Of a DNA stretch of 64,000 nt, positions 1 to 12,200 are shown in pieces. The stretch is taken from NCBI GenBank assembly GCA_965645245.1, contig OZ287079.1, forward strand, positions 1 to 64,000. Reading direction: 5' to 3'. This DNA comes from Massalongia carnosa (Eukaryota). A program made the position numbers and the translations under genes. The notes below the pieces were generated by a model. That model was not told the DNA's origin. It searched no databases and was given only the letters and a program-made list of their open reading frames with translations. Each line of letters begins with the position of its first letter. Position 1 is the stretch's first letter.

Positions 1-364
1 GCTGGTGTTGCTGATCATTTTCATGGTGATTGTGCCAGTTACGCCGAAGGGTCTGGATGCGCTGGTTCCGCAGCCTCCGAAGAAGCAGCAGCAGGAGCAG
101 GTCAACGACCGCACGATCGTCGTCCAGGTGCAGTCGAATGGGGCGGGAGCTCCGACGTACAAGATCAACGAGACTGCGGTGAACAAGACCGCAATCGAGT
201 CGCAGCTCACCTCGATTTTCGCCGCACGGCAGGAGAAGGTCATGTTCGTCAAGGGCGACAAGGATCTTGATTTCGACAAGATTGCCGAGGTGATCGACTA
301 TGGTCACCAGGCGGGTGTCGACAACATCGGACTGATCACCCCGCGGGTTGAAGCGGGACAGTAA
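1..364 (+). CDS. exbD: Bacterial ExbD/TolR biopolymer transport protein (5'-truncated by window edge)
   Basis: LVLLIIFMV transmembrane segment and C-terminal FVKGDKDLDFDKIAEVIDYGHQAGVDNIGLIT; high GC, no introns. Confidence 0.85.
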   Translation, partial: LVLLIIFMVIVPVTPKGLDALVPQPPKKQQQEQVNDRTIVVQVQSNGAGAPTYKINETAVNKTAIESQLTSIFAARQEKVMFVKGDKDLDFDKIAEVIDYGHQAGVDNIGLITPRVEAGQ

Positions 365-386
365 AGAGCCTTCCAGAAAGCTTTTG

Positions 387-427
387 AGGGCGGTGGCCGC
401 GTGTTGCGGCAGCCGCCCTTTCTGTTT
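387..427. terminator. Probable intrinsic terminator between convergent bacterial genes
   Basis: GC-rich hairpin agggcggtggccgc/gcggcagccgccct followed by ttctgttt. Confidence 0.55.
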
Positions 428-466
428 GCCACGGGTTCCCTGGCTCGATCACCCCGGTGAGCAGCT

Positions 467-1000
467 TCAATCGTCTTCGGATGCGGCGGCAAGTTGGGGG
501 GCGAGCCCCGAGAAGTCGTCGAACCGCAGGGGCGGGGCCGCTTCCGCCGTGTCGCTGACCTCGCGTAACGATCGGTTGATGGCACGGGTGCGGACCCCGA
601 GCTTCTGAATCGTGTTCTGCACGGTGCCTACCTGCTTTTCCATGTTTCCCATCAGCGCCTCGAAGTTTCTGAACTCCGTCTTGGTGGTTTCGAGGACCTT
701 CCAGACCTCGTCGCCCTTCTCCTGCAGGGCGAGCATGTGGAAGCCCATTTGGAAGCTGGTGAGGATGGCGGAGAGGGTGGTGGGGCCTGCAATGGTGACG
801 TGGCACCGGGACTGGATCTCCGACTGGAGGGCCTCGCGGCGGATGACCTCCGCATAGAGCCCCTCGGTGGGAAGGAACATGATGGCGTACGGGGTGGTAA
901 TGGGCGCGTTGATGTATTTGCCACAGATACGGCCGGCCTCGGTGCGGATGGCGGCTTCAAAGCTGTTGCCTTCGCGCAGGATGGCATCCGGCAGGTTGGA
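467..1000 (-). CDS. rmuC: Bacterial DNA recombination protein RmuC, C-terminal part, cut at the telomere junction
   Basis: KYINAPITTPYAIMFLPTEGLYAEV...IAGPTTLSAILTSFQMGF...EVWKVLETTKTEF...GVRTRAINRSLREV; frame open up to 1000. Confidence 0.88.
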   Translation of the reverse strand, partial: SNLPDAILREGNSFEAAIRTEAGRICGKYINAPITTPYAIMFLPTEGLYAEVIRREALQSEIQSRCHVTIAGPTTLSAILTSFQMGFHMLALQEKGDEVWKVLETTKTEFRNFEALMGNMEKQVGTVQNTIQKLGVRTRAINRSLREVSDTAEAAPPLRFDDFSGLAPQLAAASEDD

Positions 1001-1170
1001 CCCTAACCCTAACCCTACCCTAACCCTAACCCTAACCCTAACCCTAACCCTAACCCTAACCCTAACCCTAACCCTAACCCTAACCCTAACCCTAACCCTA
1101 ACCCTAACCCTAACCCTAACCCTAACCCTAACCCTAACCCTAACCCTAACCCTAACCCTAACCCTAACCC
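1001..1170 (+). repeat. Fungal telomere repeat (CCCTAA)n, about 28 units, left chromosome end orientation
   Basis: Direct reading; one variant unit (CCCTA) near 1013-1017. Confidence 0.97.
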
Positions 1171-3170
1171 CAGTGTAGCGAGGTATTCAGTCGGAGGTAA
1201 CCTTCCATCACTAGGTAGTGGTGACGGCGAAATGAAGCTACATAGCCTGAGGCATGTAGTGAGGGATCTAGCCGGGGGTAGAATTGTTCTACCTTGCAAG
1301 GGAAGATCTAGAAGGCTGCTCGAGGCTGACTAGATGATCCAGCGAACGCCGAGTTCGTGGATGGATCCTGAGGGATGGTTGGATGTAATGCGATAAAGTC
1401 GGATGTGGATTGCAAGGCTGTAATGCTCGCAAGACTCCCAAGGCTTGCAAGGCTCCTAAGGTTCCAAGGCTCCCAAGGCTATAGGCTTGGGGTGAGTAGG
1501 ATAAATATCAGAACGAATCTTGTAGTATTCGTTAGCAATTAGTCTTTATTCTATGAACAACCTACGTTTGGGTCTCGGACGAGATCTCTTGGTCCAAGCA
1601 CTTCCACATCCATTAGTTCTTTGGATCACATATACTCTCGGAGACTAGCACGTAGTAGCTATCTTCCTCCTCTCACGCTGAGCATTTCCCCTTTCGAGAT
1701 CAGTGTCGCTCGTGATAAGCTTACTGGTCTCGTAGCCCATTACACTGATCTATGCCTGGATTCTTCTGCTGAAAATAATCCAACAAGGCCTGTTGATAAT
1801 TCAGTACTGAATTTAAAAGACCAACCGTCGTACCCCATCTGGTGAGAACGTTGAGAACCAAGGAACGACGCTGTTTGTATGCCTTCATTTGGTATTTCCA
1901 TAAACTGGCTAATTCCTTAATTGATCCGCGAAAACTGATGACGATCAACTGAGCCTTTTCTATTGTGGTGGGGCGACATGTGTCATCTATGGTCAGGTGA
2001 CATGGCAGGCCTGTGTGGGGATAAAACGGGTTTTTTGCTGGCGTTTTCTTCATCATCTCCGGACATTATCTTCTATCACCTACGCTGTCATCATCATTGT
2101 CGTGTCACATAGTCATTGACACACGTTCATTTCGTGCATCAACTTGTCATTCAGTCGTTCAGTCGTCGAGCTCTTTTCATGTCTATGCAGTCGTAGGTCC
2201 ATTCAGACGTTTTTCTGTGTGTGTATGTCCACTGCTCAGTTCGCCATCTATCATCACGTACCACCACCTTCCATTAGCACGCACGACTACCCTTCTTCAC
2301 TATAACATCTGTAAAATAAGGAAATTTCAAAATGTCTCCTAACAATAGCTGCAAACCATGACTATCGCAAGGTACGAAGAAAACATGATTCATCTCTGCA
2401 CTTTTCGAAATTTCCGTCCACATGGCTTTCATTGTAGAGCACGTGTCGATGCAGATACAATTAACCCTTTCAAGCTGATTGTTGGTAGCATCCCTATATC
2501 CATTTATCACCCATTCAGCTTGTACGACTGCCGTCATTTTTTCCGCCACTCCGACATCAGCTTTTAGCTGAAATCCTCCGCCACTAGAAGTGACAGATGT
2601 GGGAACGTGACAGCAGAGATTTATTACTCGCTCTTTTCGAATGTTGGCTGTCTCGTCGGTAAAAAAGCTGAGATAATTGCAAGAATTCAATTCTTGATTT
2701 ATTTTGAATTTAACTGTTTCATAGGCTTCATCCAACAATCGTCCAGCCATCAGTCTGGCATGAGCGGGCTTGTATCCAGGAGAAAGAGCTTGAAATGCCG
2801 CAATAACATAGGGATTCTCGAAGTGGTTGAAGGGAAGATTTGTCATATAAACAGACATCGCCGCCTTGCGATGAGTATGAGCAATTTGACTCTGGCTAAG
2901 GGGACGAATCATGGTGGTAATGGGCAGTTGGATGGATCTAGAACTGAACGAGGCATCTTCCTTCTTTGTTATCTTCTGTTTGTAGGTATCACATTGATCT
3001 AAATGTGATAGTCCTCTTACAGCATTCTTGGTAGTCTGATGACCACAATGAATGCATCGATGCTGAGGTTTTTTCGATCCCATGGTGATCACGTCTTTGA
3101 AATTCTCCTCAATTAGAGAATTTTTCATTCTTCCACCGCGTTGAGCCATGAGTATAAAATAAGAAGATAC

Positions 3171-3981
3171 TGTTACAGCGCCGCCGTATAAAGCTGATTA
3201 TTACTAAGCCTGATGACTCAGCGGTGCTGAACACAGTCATACTATAGTCAGGTCAAGCGATGACTAATGGGACGGGACAGAAGGTCTGAGCCCACGGAGG
3301 AACGTCCGCCCTTAGTTGGCATAGTTGGCAGAGTACTGAAGAAACTCGACCTCGACTATTCCCACTGATCTATATAATATGGTGTTAGGCCCACTTAGAT
3401 AGATCATCTTACAATTTAACTACTCCGTACAAAATTGTTCTACTCTTAACCCACTACACTACTCCTAGTCCAGAGTCATGTCACGGACAAGGTCCAGATA
3501 GGGAGATATAAAAGAGTTACTATTTAGAAAGCTAGGTCTAGGGATAGTATACAAGACGTCCGACGAAGAGCTCCAAACACCTGAGAAACCACATAGGTTT
3601 TATAGCCATGGCTTCCAACTCCCCTATTCTTGACTTGCCCTCATCTCTGTTCCTGTTCTAATTTCCTAACCATGATCGCTTTGACCTGTTCCGCCTTTCT
3701 CCATGCCGAAGCAATCTCTCTCTGCTGGGCAATCCCAGTCGTAGGCTTGGATAGTGGAGACGTTGAGATTGGATTCGGGATATAGGAGTTTGGGAGTGCA
3801 CTGAAGGCAGCGGAAGAACGTCTGAACACATGGGGCGAGGTTTCAGGATAGTTCGGAATAACGGGCCACGGTTCTATTCAACATGCAGGGCAGGTTTCAC
3901 GGCAAGAGAGCCTGTTAAATACTAACCCGATCAGGAAACGTGGGAGGGTGCGAGGTAATTCCATGACAAGTCACTCTCACA
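3171..3981. mobile_element. Solo LTR (about 316 bp net) containing a second solo LTR
   Basis: TG...CA ends; 5-bp TSD GATAC at 3166-3170 and 3982-3986. Confidence 0.7.
3479..3968. mobile_element. Solo LTR, 490 bp, Ty3-like
   Basis: Ends TGTCACGG...CCATGACA; TSD AGTCA at 3474-3478 and 3969-3973; shares tatacaagacgtc.gacga with the LTRs at 51069 and 57970. Confidence 0.85.
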
Positions 3982-4339
3982 GATACCTTTAAATGTATGA
4001 GAGTGACTATCAAAATGAGGTATCGATCTATCTACAAGATATGTATATGTGCTTAGTAATAAATTTCGAAAATTTCATGCTTGGCGCGCACACGTGATGA
4101 AATTTTCGTGCGACCTTGTCAAATTTCGAAATTTTCAGAGCCCTACCTGTCGGCCGGCCGGGAGGAGTCACGAGATAGCGCGGAAAACTCTTTCGCGACC
4201 TTACTGAATAGAGACTAGAGAGCGCGTTGCTTTATAGGGAACGAGTCCGACTTTTCGAGTCTTTCATTCCTCTTTATCTTTATTGTTTTCGTTCATGGCG
4301 TCCCTATGACTAGCCTCTAGGTAGACCGTAACAAGAAAT

Positions 4340-4520
4340 TATAAGTTTATGTAAGAACAGAAGTTGAAAATTGTCAAGAAGTATATTGACGAATATATAA
4401 AAGAGGAATTCATTTGTTCTAATTCGTCGATAGCAGCTGCTTCAGTTCTTCTAGTTCGAAAACCAAATGATAAATTGAGATTTTATGTAAATTATCGAGT
4501 CTTGAGTATAATCACAATAG
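4340..4520 (+). pseudogene. Degenerate Ty3/gypsy reverse transcriptase fragment
   Basis: KKYIDEYIKEEFICSNSSIAAASVLLVRKPNDKLRFYVNYR parallels the RT N-terminus of the pol ORFs in this window; AT-rich. Confidence 0.7.
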
Positions 4521-7500
4521 ACACACTAAATTCAACTCCACCAAATGCAGAGATTGATGATCCATTCAAGCATCTACCCGAGCACGAGAAAGAAATCCTG
4601 AAGAGGCAGCTGGACCTGCCCGCCGTCGAGGTCAATTACATGACCCTATACCGTTATGCGACAAGGAACGACACGATAATCTTGGTCATCGCCGGGCTCG
4701 CGGCGATCATAGGTGGTGCACTCTTGCCACTCATGACTGACTGTACTGTTTGGAGGTCTTGCAGGTACCTTCCAGGGCTTTACCCTAGGCAACACATCTC
4801 CGAGCCAATTCACCAGCGAGCTTGCCAGGTACTCTCTGTACTTTGTCTATCGTGCTATTGGCGAGTTTGTGATGGTATACATAGCCACGGTGGGCTTCCT
4901 GTACGCAGGTGACACATTTCCTCAAAGATAAGAGAGCGGTTCTTGGCCGCCATTCTCCGGCAGAACATTGCTTTCTTCGACCAACTCGGTGCCGGTGAGA
5001 TCACTACACGAATCACAGCAGACACCAGCCTGATCCAAGAAGGTCTTTCAGAAAAAGTTGGATTGACCTTGACAGCTATTGCCACCTTTGTGGCAGCGTT
5101 CGTCATTAGTTTCATACGATATTGGAAGCTCACGCTGATTTTGTCTTCGACCGTAGTAGCCACTGTTGTCACATTGGGTGCTGTGGGCTCGTTCATTGGC
5201 AAGCTCAGCAAAACATACATTGCACATTTCGCCGAAGGCGGAACGGTTGCAGAAGAGGTCATCAGCTCCATCCGAAATGCAACCGCATTTCATACTCAAG
5301 AGAAGCTGGCTCGACAATACGATACATATCTCATTAAGGCAGAGAAGGCTGGATTCAAACTCAAGTCCACCACTAGTTCCATGATTGGTTTTCTCTTTCT
5401 GTATGTACAGCAAATGGCAAAATGCCCTGCCGTCCGCAGGGCAGTCCCTTAAATCACCTCAAACAACATGATGTTCTGACCTTGTCTTCTAGGTTCATAT
5501 ACCTCAACTATGGACTCGCTTTCTGGATGGGCTCTCGCTTCCTTCTGGATGGATCCGTCGGCTTATCGCAGATCCTTACCATTCAACTGGCTATCATGAT
5601 CGGGGCTTTTGCTCTAGGGAACGTTGCACCGAACATTCAAGCCGTCACCTCAGCTGTCGCTGCGGCGAATAAGATCTACGCAGTAATCGATCGTGTCTCT
5701 CCTTTCGATCCTGCATCGACCGACGGCAAGAAGCTGGATGCAGTCCAAGGCAATGTGGAGCTTAGGAACATCAAACACATATATCCTTCCCGGCCCGAGG
5801 TTGTTGTGATGGAGGACGTAAACCTACTAATACCCGCCGGCAAGTCCACCGAGCTTGTTGGTGCTTCAGGTTCTGGCAAAAGCACTATTGTTGGTCTAGT
5901 TGAACGTTTCTACGATCCAGTCGGCGGAAGCATTTACATCGACGGCCATGATGTCAAAGATTTGAATCTATGCTGGCTGCGACGACAGATATCTCTGGTG
6001 AGCCAGGAGCCAGTCTTATTCGCCACTTCCATATACGACAACATCAAGCACGGTCTTTTTGGAACAACGCAGGAGCAGGAGTTCGGAAGAGCGGTTCGTG
6101 AGCTGGTAGAACGTGCTGCTAAGATGGCGAACGTAAGTACAGCTAATGGCATAAAATTCTCCCTCAGACATACTCTCTATGCAAAAACTCTTGATGGAAT
6201 GATGTTCTGACCTTGTTCTTTCAGGCCCACGAATTTATTATTACCCTTCCTGAAGGCTACGAGACGAACATTGGGGAACGAGGCTTTCTTCTCTCAGGGG
6301 GTCAGAAGCAACGCATTGCCATTGCAAGAGCTATAGTTAGCGATCCCAAAATCTTGCTACTTGACGAAGCGACATCCGCACTTGATACGAAGAGTGAGGG
6401 AGTTGTTCAAGCAGCACTTGACAAAGCTGCCCAAGGACGAACCACTGTGATTATTGCTCACCGACTATCTACCATCAAGCATGCCGACAACATTGTGGTC
6501 ATGTCTGAAGGACGTATCATCGAGCAGGGCAGCCACGATGAACTCCTTGAGAAGAAAGAGGCTTACTACAACTTGATCGAGGCTCAGCGAATCGCCACTA
6601 AGGAAGAATCTAGGAACCAAGATGAAGATGCCATACTGTCTGAAAAGGACGATAACTTGCTGCGATTCGAGTTCGCTGAGAAGGGGAGCAACTCGGGCAA
6701 AGAGGCTCATGGAGAAAACTTTGCTGATCTTCAGCTTAGCAAGACACAGACAAATAGGACTGCGTCGAGAATGGCACTTGCGAAGCGACAAGAGGATAGC
6801 GGCGACAACTATACCTTATTCACGCTGGTACGATTCATTGCCGGCTTGAACAAGAAAGAACGGAAGATCATGGTCTTTGGACTTTTACTTTCTGCCATTT
6901 GCGGTGGAGGTAATCCAACACAGGCTGTCTTCCTCGCCAAGTCCATCACAGCCCTTTCGCTTCCTCTTTCCGAGCATGCTGAGATACGGCGCCAAGCCAA
7001 CTTTTGGTCTCTGATGTATCTGATGCTTGCCTTTGTACAGCTCCTCGCTCTTATCTCCTAGGGTATTGCTTTTTCATATTGCGCAGAGCGACTGACCCAC
7101 CGGGTCCGCGACCAAGCATTCCGATATATTCTACGGCAAGACATTGCCTATTTCGACAAAAACTCGTCGGGTGCCCTCACTTCTTTCCTATCTACCGAGA
7201 CCACCCACCTGGCTGGACTGTCCGGGATTACTCTCATGACGTTTCTCTTGCTCATCACCACTTTAGTTGCCGCCTCCGCCATTGGTCTGGCCGTAGGGTG
7301 GAAACTTAGTCTGGTGTGTATCTCCACCATTCCTCTCCTTCTCGCTTGCGGGTACTTCCGTTTAGCCATGCTTGTCACATTCCAGAAGGAGAAGAAGAAA
7401 GTCCACGAAGAGTCTGCAAGCTATGCTTGTGAGGCCACTTCAGCCATTCGGACCGTCGCTTTCTTAACCCGCGAGGATGACGTTTGGAATCACTATCACG

Positions 7501-8636
7501 AACAGCTTCCTCGGACAAAGCCGCCAGTTAGTTGTATCGATTCTGAAGTCATCCGTACTTTATGCTGCATCTCAATCTCTTCAGTTTCTTTGCATGGCGC
7601 TCGGCTTTTGGTATGGAGGTATCTTGTTTGGCAGACATGAATATAGCATGTGAGTAGATGACATACTTTTTCCATACATCGTGAAGTCAATTCTGACTCT
7701 TATTTTAGGTTCCAATTTTTTCTATGCTTTAGTGTGATTATTTTCGGAGCACAGTCTGCAGGAACTGTTTTTGCCTTTGCGCCGGACCTGGCCAAGGCCA
7801 GACATGCTGCTGCTAGCCTTAAAGCTCTTTTCGACAAGAAGCCCGAAATTGATAGCTGGAGCCAAGACGGCACGAAGGTCCAGAGCATAGAAGGCCATAT
7901 TGAATTCAAGGATGTGCACTTTAGATATCCAACACGATCGAACCAGCCTGTTCTTCGAGGCCTCAACTTGCAAGTCAAGCCAGGACAGTACGTCGCCTTC
8001 GTCGGAGCTAGTGGATGTGGCAAGTCGACCGCGATTGCCCTACTAGAGAGATTCTACGATCCACTCGTTGGCGGGATCTATGTCGACGGTACGGAAATCT
8101 CATCATTCAACATCAACGAATACCGCTCCCATCTAGCGCTTGTCAGTCAAGAGCCAACTCTCTACCGAGGCACCATCCGCGAGAACATTCTGCTAGGTAC
8201 TGATAGAGACAACATTTTGGAAGAGGAAATAGTGCAATGCTGTAAGGGTGCAAACATCTACGACTTCATCATCAGTCTACCGAGCGGTCTTAATACTCTT
8301 GTTGGCAGTAAGGGCTGCATGCTGTCGGGTGGTCAGAAACAACGCGTTGCGATTGCTCGAGCATTGCTCCGTAACCCGAAGATCCTCTTGCTGGACGAAG
8401 CCACTTCAGCTCTTGATTCGGAATCTGAGAAGGTCGTGCAAGCTGCTCTGGATGCCGCGGCTGAGGGCCGCACCACGATCGCTGTTGCCTATCGTCTAAG
8501 TACGGTAAAGAAGGCAGATATGATCTATGTCTTCAACCAGGGCCGAATCATCGAGTCTGGCACTCACGATGAGCTGATGCAGGAGAAGGGCGCGTACTTT
8601 GAATTTATCAACCTGCAGAGCTTGAGTAAGACGTGA
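4520..8636 (+). pseudogene. Full-size ABCB (MDR/P-glycoprotein-type) ABC transporter pseudogene, native 5' end missing
   Basis: TMD-NBD-TMD-NBD; Walker A GASGSGKS and GASGCGKS, two LSGGQKQR signatures, [10 protein letters not shown]; lesions: 4-bp duplication 4736-4743, TAG at 7059-7061, frameshift near 7510; spliceosomal introns. Confidence 0.9.
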
Positions 8637-9207
8637 ATGTTTTGTGGTAGAAGTTAGCTGGGATGGGAGGGGCTCTGTATATTGACCCTGCAAAGATGTA
8701 GGTAGCAGAACAATCAGACTTTATGACCACTTGATTATGACTTTGACCCAGTAGTGCGTATATTTCAAGAGGGATATCTCAAGGGACAGTGTTTTCCCGT
8801 CTCGAACAGGCAAACAGTAGGAATCATGCATCAGTTGTTTCACGTCTCCCGATGTAGCAAAGAGCAGACAAATTACGTATTTAGAATCTGTTCTATCCAC
8901 TCCACCAATCCGAAAATGAGCCACCAGGACGCTTTGGTGATTCGCATAGAAGGGGTCAGGCTAATTGGAGGCTGACTCCGCATCAGGAAACCTCCGAGTG
9001 AGCGACGCTGGATGGAAGAATAGGAAATATCCAACGATGCCGATTCAGGAAGGCTTCGAGGATATGCCGGCCGTGTGCTGCTCTTAGACTTATAACATAC
9101 GACTCTAAGAGTACAGCATAATTACCGAGTCATCCGAGAGTCCATGCATCTTCATTCAACAGAGACACTACAAATTACCTTTGCATCATAGAGATCAGCT
9201 GATAGAG

Positions 9208-12200
9208 ATGTCAACACTTAGTAACGGCACCAATGGCGTCCATAGGGACAGCGGACCTGGCAAGGCCGACGACAGCCCGGCCGGGAATGCTACAGCTCCG
9301 ATTGCTATTGTTGGGATGGCTTGCCGTTTCCCTGGCAACGTGACCTCGCCATCTCAACTTTGGGAGTTGTGTGCTTCTGGCAAAGACGGGTGGCAGCCGA
9401 TCCCCGAGTCACGTTTCGATAACAAGTCATTGTATCACAAGAACTACTCTAGAGCTGGAAGGGTAGGTTTGCAGGACATCATCGAACCATCCTCGTGTAA
9501 TTGACTAACGGTGAATTTAGAGCCATGTTGAAGGTGGCTATTTCATGGGCGAGGATATCGCCTTGTTCGATGCTGCTTTCTTCAATCTTGCTGCGGATGT
9601 TGCCAGCGTAAGTCCCCTGGGCCTCAGAGAAGGCTTTTCTACAGCCTTTGTATCCGGAAAGCTGACCTGCTTTCTCTAGGGACTGGATCCTCAGGCTAGA
9701 CTTCTGCTTGAGACTGTCTACGAAGCTACCGAAGACGGCAAGTCCCTTAGTCCTTGTGTTCATCCCCCCTGAGAGCACCAACTGACCTGTGAAACACAGA
9801 CGGCATCCCCATCGAAATGCTTGCTGGCACCAATACCTCTGTATACGCCGGTACATTCAACAAAGATTACCATGAGATCCAAACCAAAGATGCAGAGGTC
9901 CTTCCTCATGCCTTCCTTGCAGGCATTGGCACTGCTATGATTGCTAATCGTATTTCTCATTTCTTCGACCTGCAAGGCCCGAGCATGTCTATAGACACTG
10001 GTTGCAGCGCGGGCATGGTGGTAGTTCATCAAGGCTGTCAAAGCATCCGCACTGGAGAGAGTGACATCTCGGTTGTCGGCGCAGCTAGTACCCTTCTCAG
10101 CCAGGATGCCTTTATCTCGGCATCTACCATCGGGTGAGTATCTTTTCTGTTCCTGCGTCCCACATTGTGGGAGAAAAGGCCGATAAAGCTGACGGGTATA
10201 CCATCACAGTGCTATTGGCGCAGAAGGCAAATGCTTTGCCTGGGATGAGCGTGCTCACGGTTACGGTCGTGGCGAGGGTGTTGCAGCACTCATACTCCAG
10301 CCTCTCGACGCTGCACGCAAGGCTGGTAACAGAGTCCACACAGTCATCAGGGAGACCGGGCTCAATCAAGACGGGATGACCACAACAATTACCTCGCCCT
10401 TTGCAGACGCCCAGGTCAAGCTTGTCCGGGAATGCTACGCTCGTGCAGGCTACGATCTCAAAGACACCGGCTACGTTGAAGCCCACATGACTAGAACAGC
10501 AGCTAGAGACCCCATCGAAGCCGAAGCCATCGCCAGGACGTTCGGCAAGTCCCGCGAAGCACACGACCCTATTGTCGTCGGGTCAATAAAGACAAATATT
10601 GGACACACCGAGCTAGTGAGTGGTCTTGCCGCTATCATCAAAACGACGTTCGATTTGAAGAATCGCCTGATCCCACCGAATCTGAATTTTGAGATACCGA
10701 ACCCGCAGACCGATTTGCAAGGGTGGCACTTGCAGGTGCCGACCACACCCGTGCCGTGGCCCCAAGACAAGTTGCTGCGTGCGTCAGTCAACAATTTTGG
10801 ATATGGAGGAACTAACTCCCACTTGATCCTGGAACCCCCTCCAGCGTCGTCTACCAAGAAGAATGGTCTTAATGGACATGCCAATGGCCACAATGGAGTC
10901 CACAACGGCGAGGCCAATGGCAATGGAATTCTCAATGAATCCAGCAATGGAGTCCACAATAGCAACGGACACGCCGATGTCGATCAATCGCGTGTTTTCA
11001 TCCTGAGCGCCAAAGATTCCGTCGCCTGTCAAACCATGATGGATATCTTTGCTACCCATGTGAGAACACAAAGCCATCCGTCAGTGATCTCGCCTATACT
11101 CTGGCAAACCGGCGACCAATGCATCCTTGGGTCGCAGCTGTTCGCGCTCGAACTATTGATGAATTGGCGGAGCGTCTGTGAGATCCACTTATCAAGCCTT
11201 CGAGCCCTTCCAAACGGCCCCCTCTCGCATTCGTCTTCAACGGTCAAGGTGCGCAATGGCATGCGATGGGGCGGGAGCTCATCGATGCCTATCTGGTCTT
11301 TGGCCGCAGCATCCAAGAGGCCGATGAGATCCTCAAGGAGTATGGTGCCTCCTGGTCGCTGAAAGGTATGCATGAATTTCACCTTGAGAGCTGCATTGCC
11401 ATTTTCAATTCTTGAATGGTGAGGTTAATGACTTGTATCAGACGAACTCTTGCGCGACGAAGCTACAACTCGCGTGGCTGACATCGATCTCAGCCAGCCT
11501 ATTAGCGTGGCTGTTCAGCTCTGCCTTATCAACTTACTGGAGTCTTGGGATATCTTCCCAACAGCCGTGACTAGCCACTCTAGTGGTGAGATCGCCGCTG
11601 CGTATGCCACAAATGTACTCTCATTCAATGAAGCGCTCGGTGTTGCTTACTTCCGTGGAGAACCTGCCCTAAAGCACCAGAAGCTACATTCTCTAGCAGG
11701 AGGGATGCTTGCCACTGCTATCGGACCCGAAGATGTCGAGAAATACATCAGTGACACTCCAGGTGGAACTGTTTTCGTGGCCTGTGTCAATAGCCCCAGT
11801 AGCATCACGCTTTCAGGAGACTTGGCTGCTCTCGATGAGGTAGCTTCTCGCCTGCAGAAGGATGACATCTTTGCCAGGAAGCTCAAGGTCCCCATGGCAT
11901 ACCACTCTCATCACATGTCACACATCTCACAAGAGTACGTCGACCAACTCCAGTGCATACTTCCTCTGCCTAAGAAGACTTGGGGTGATGCCGCGACGTT
12001 TGTGTCGCCTGTCACAGCAGACAAAATCACATCGCCAAGTACCTTGACTCCTGAACATTGGGCCCACAACATGACGCACCCGGTCCTTTTCAGCCAGGCG
12101 TTTGACAAAATGTGCTTTGAGGAAGCAGGCACTTCCAATGTTGACATGGTCGTGGAAATTGGTGCACACAGCACTTTGGCAGACCCGATACGACAAATCC

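Larger units (their letters stand above)
2290..4145 (-). mobile_element. hAT-like DNA transposon, 3'-truncated
   Basis: ORF 3149-2274 has a BED-like finger (CIHC...HLDQC), FTDETAN and CDSHGLQL motifs; candidate 5' terminus TAGGGCTCTG at 4145 once two solo LTRs are removed. Confidence 0.65.

Noticed and set aside
1..1000. Bacterium-to-fungus horizontal transfer
   Set aside because: Lies outside the telomere, shows no decay and ends at a blunt round-number junction; an artefact is more likely.
867..1299. ORFs with poly-(LT) or poly-(LG)
   Set aside because: Translations of the telomere repeat.
4148..4333. Additional solo LTR
   Set aside because: TG...CA ends and LTR-like content, but no TSD and poor terminal symmetry.
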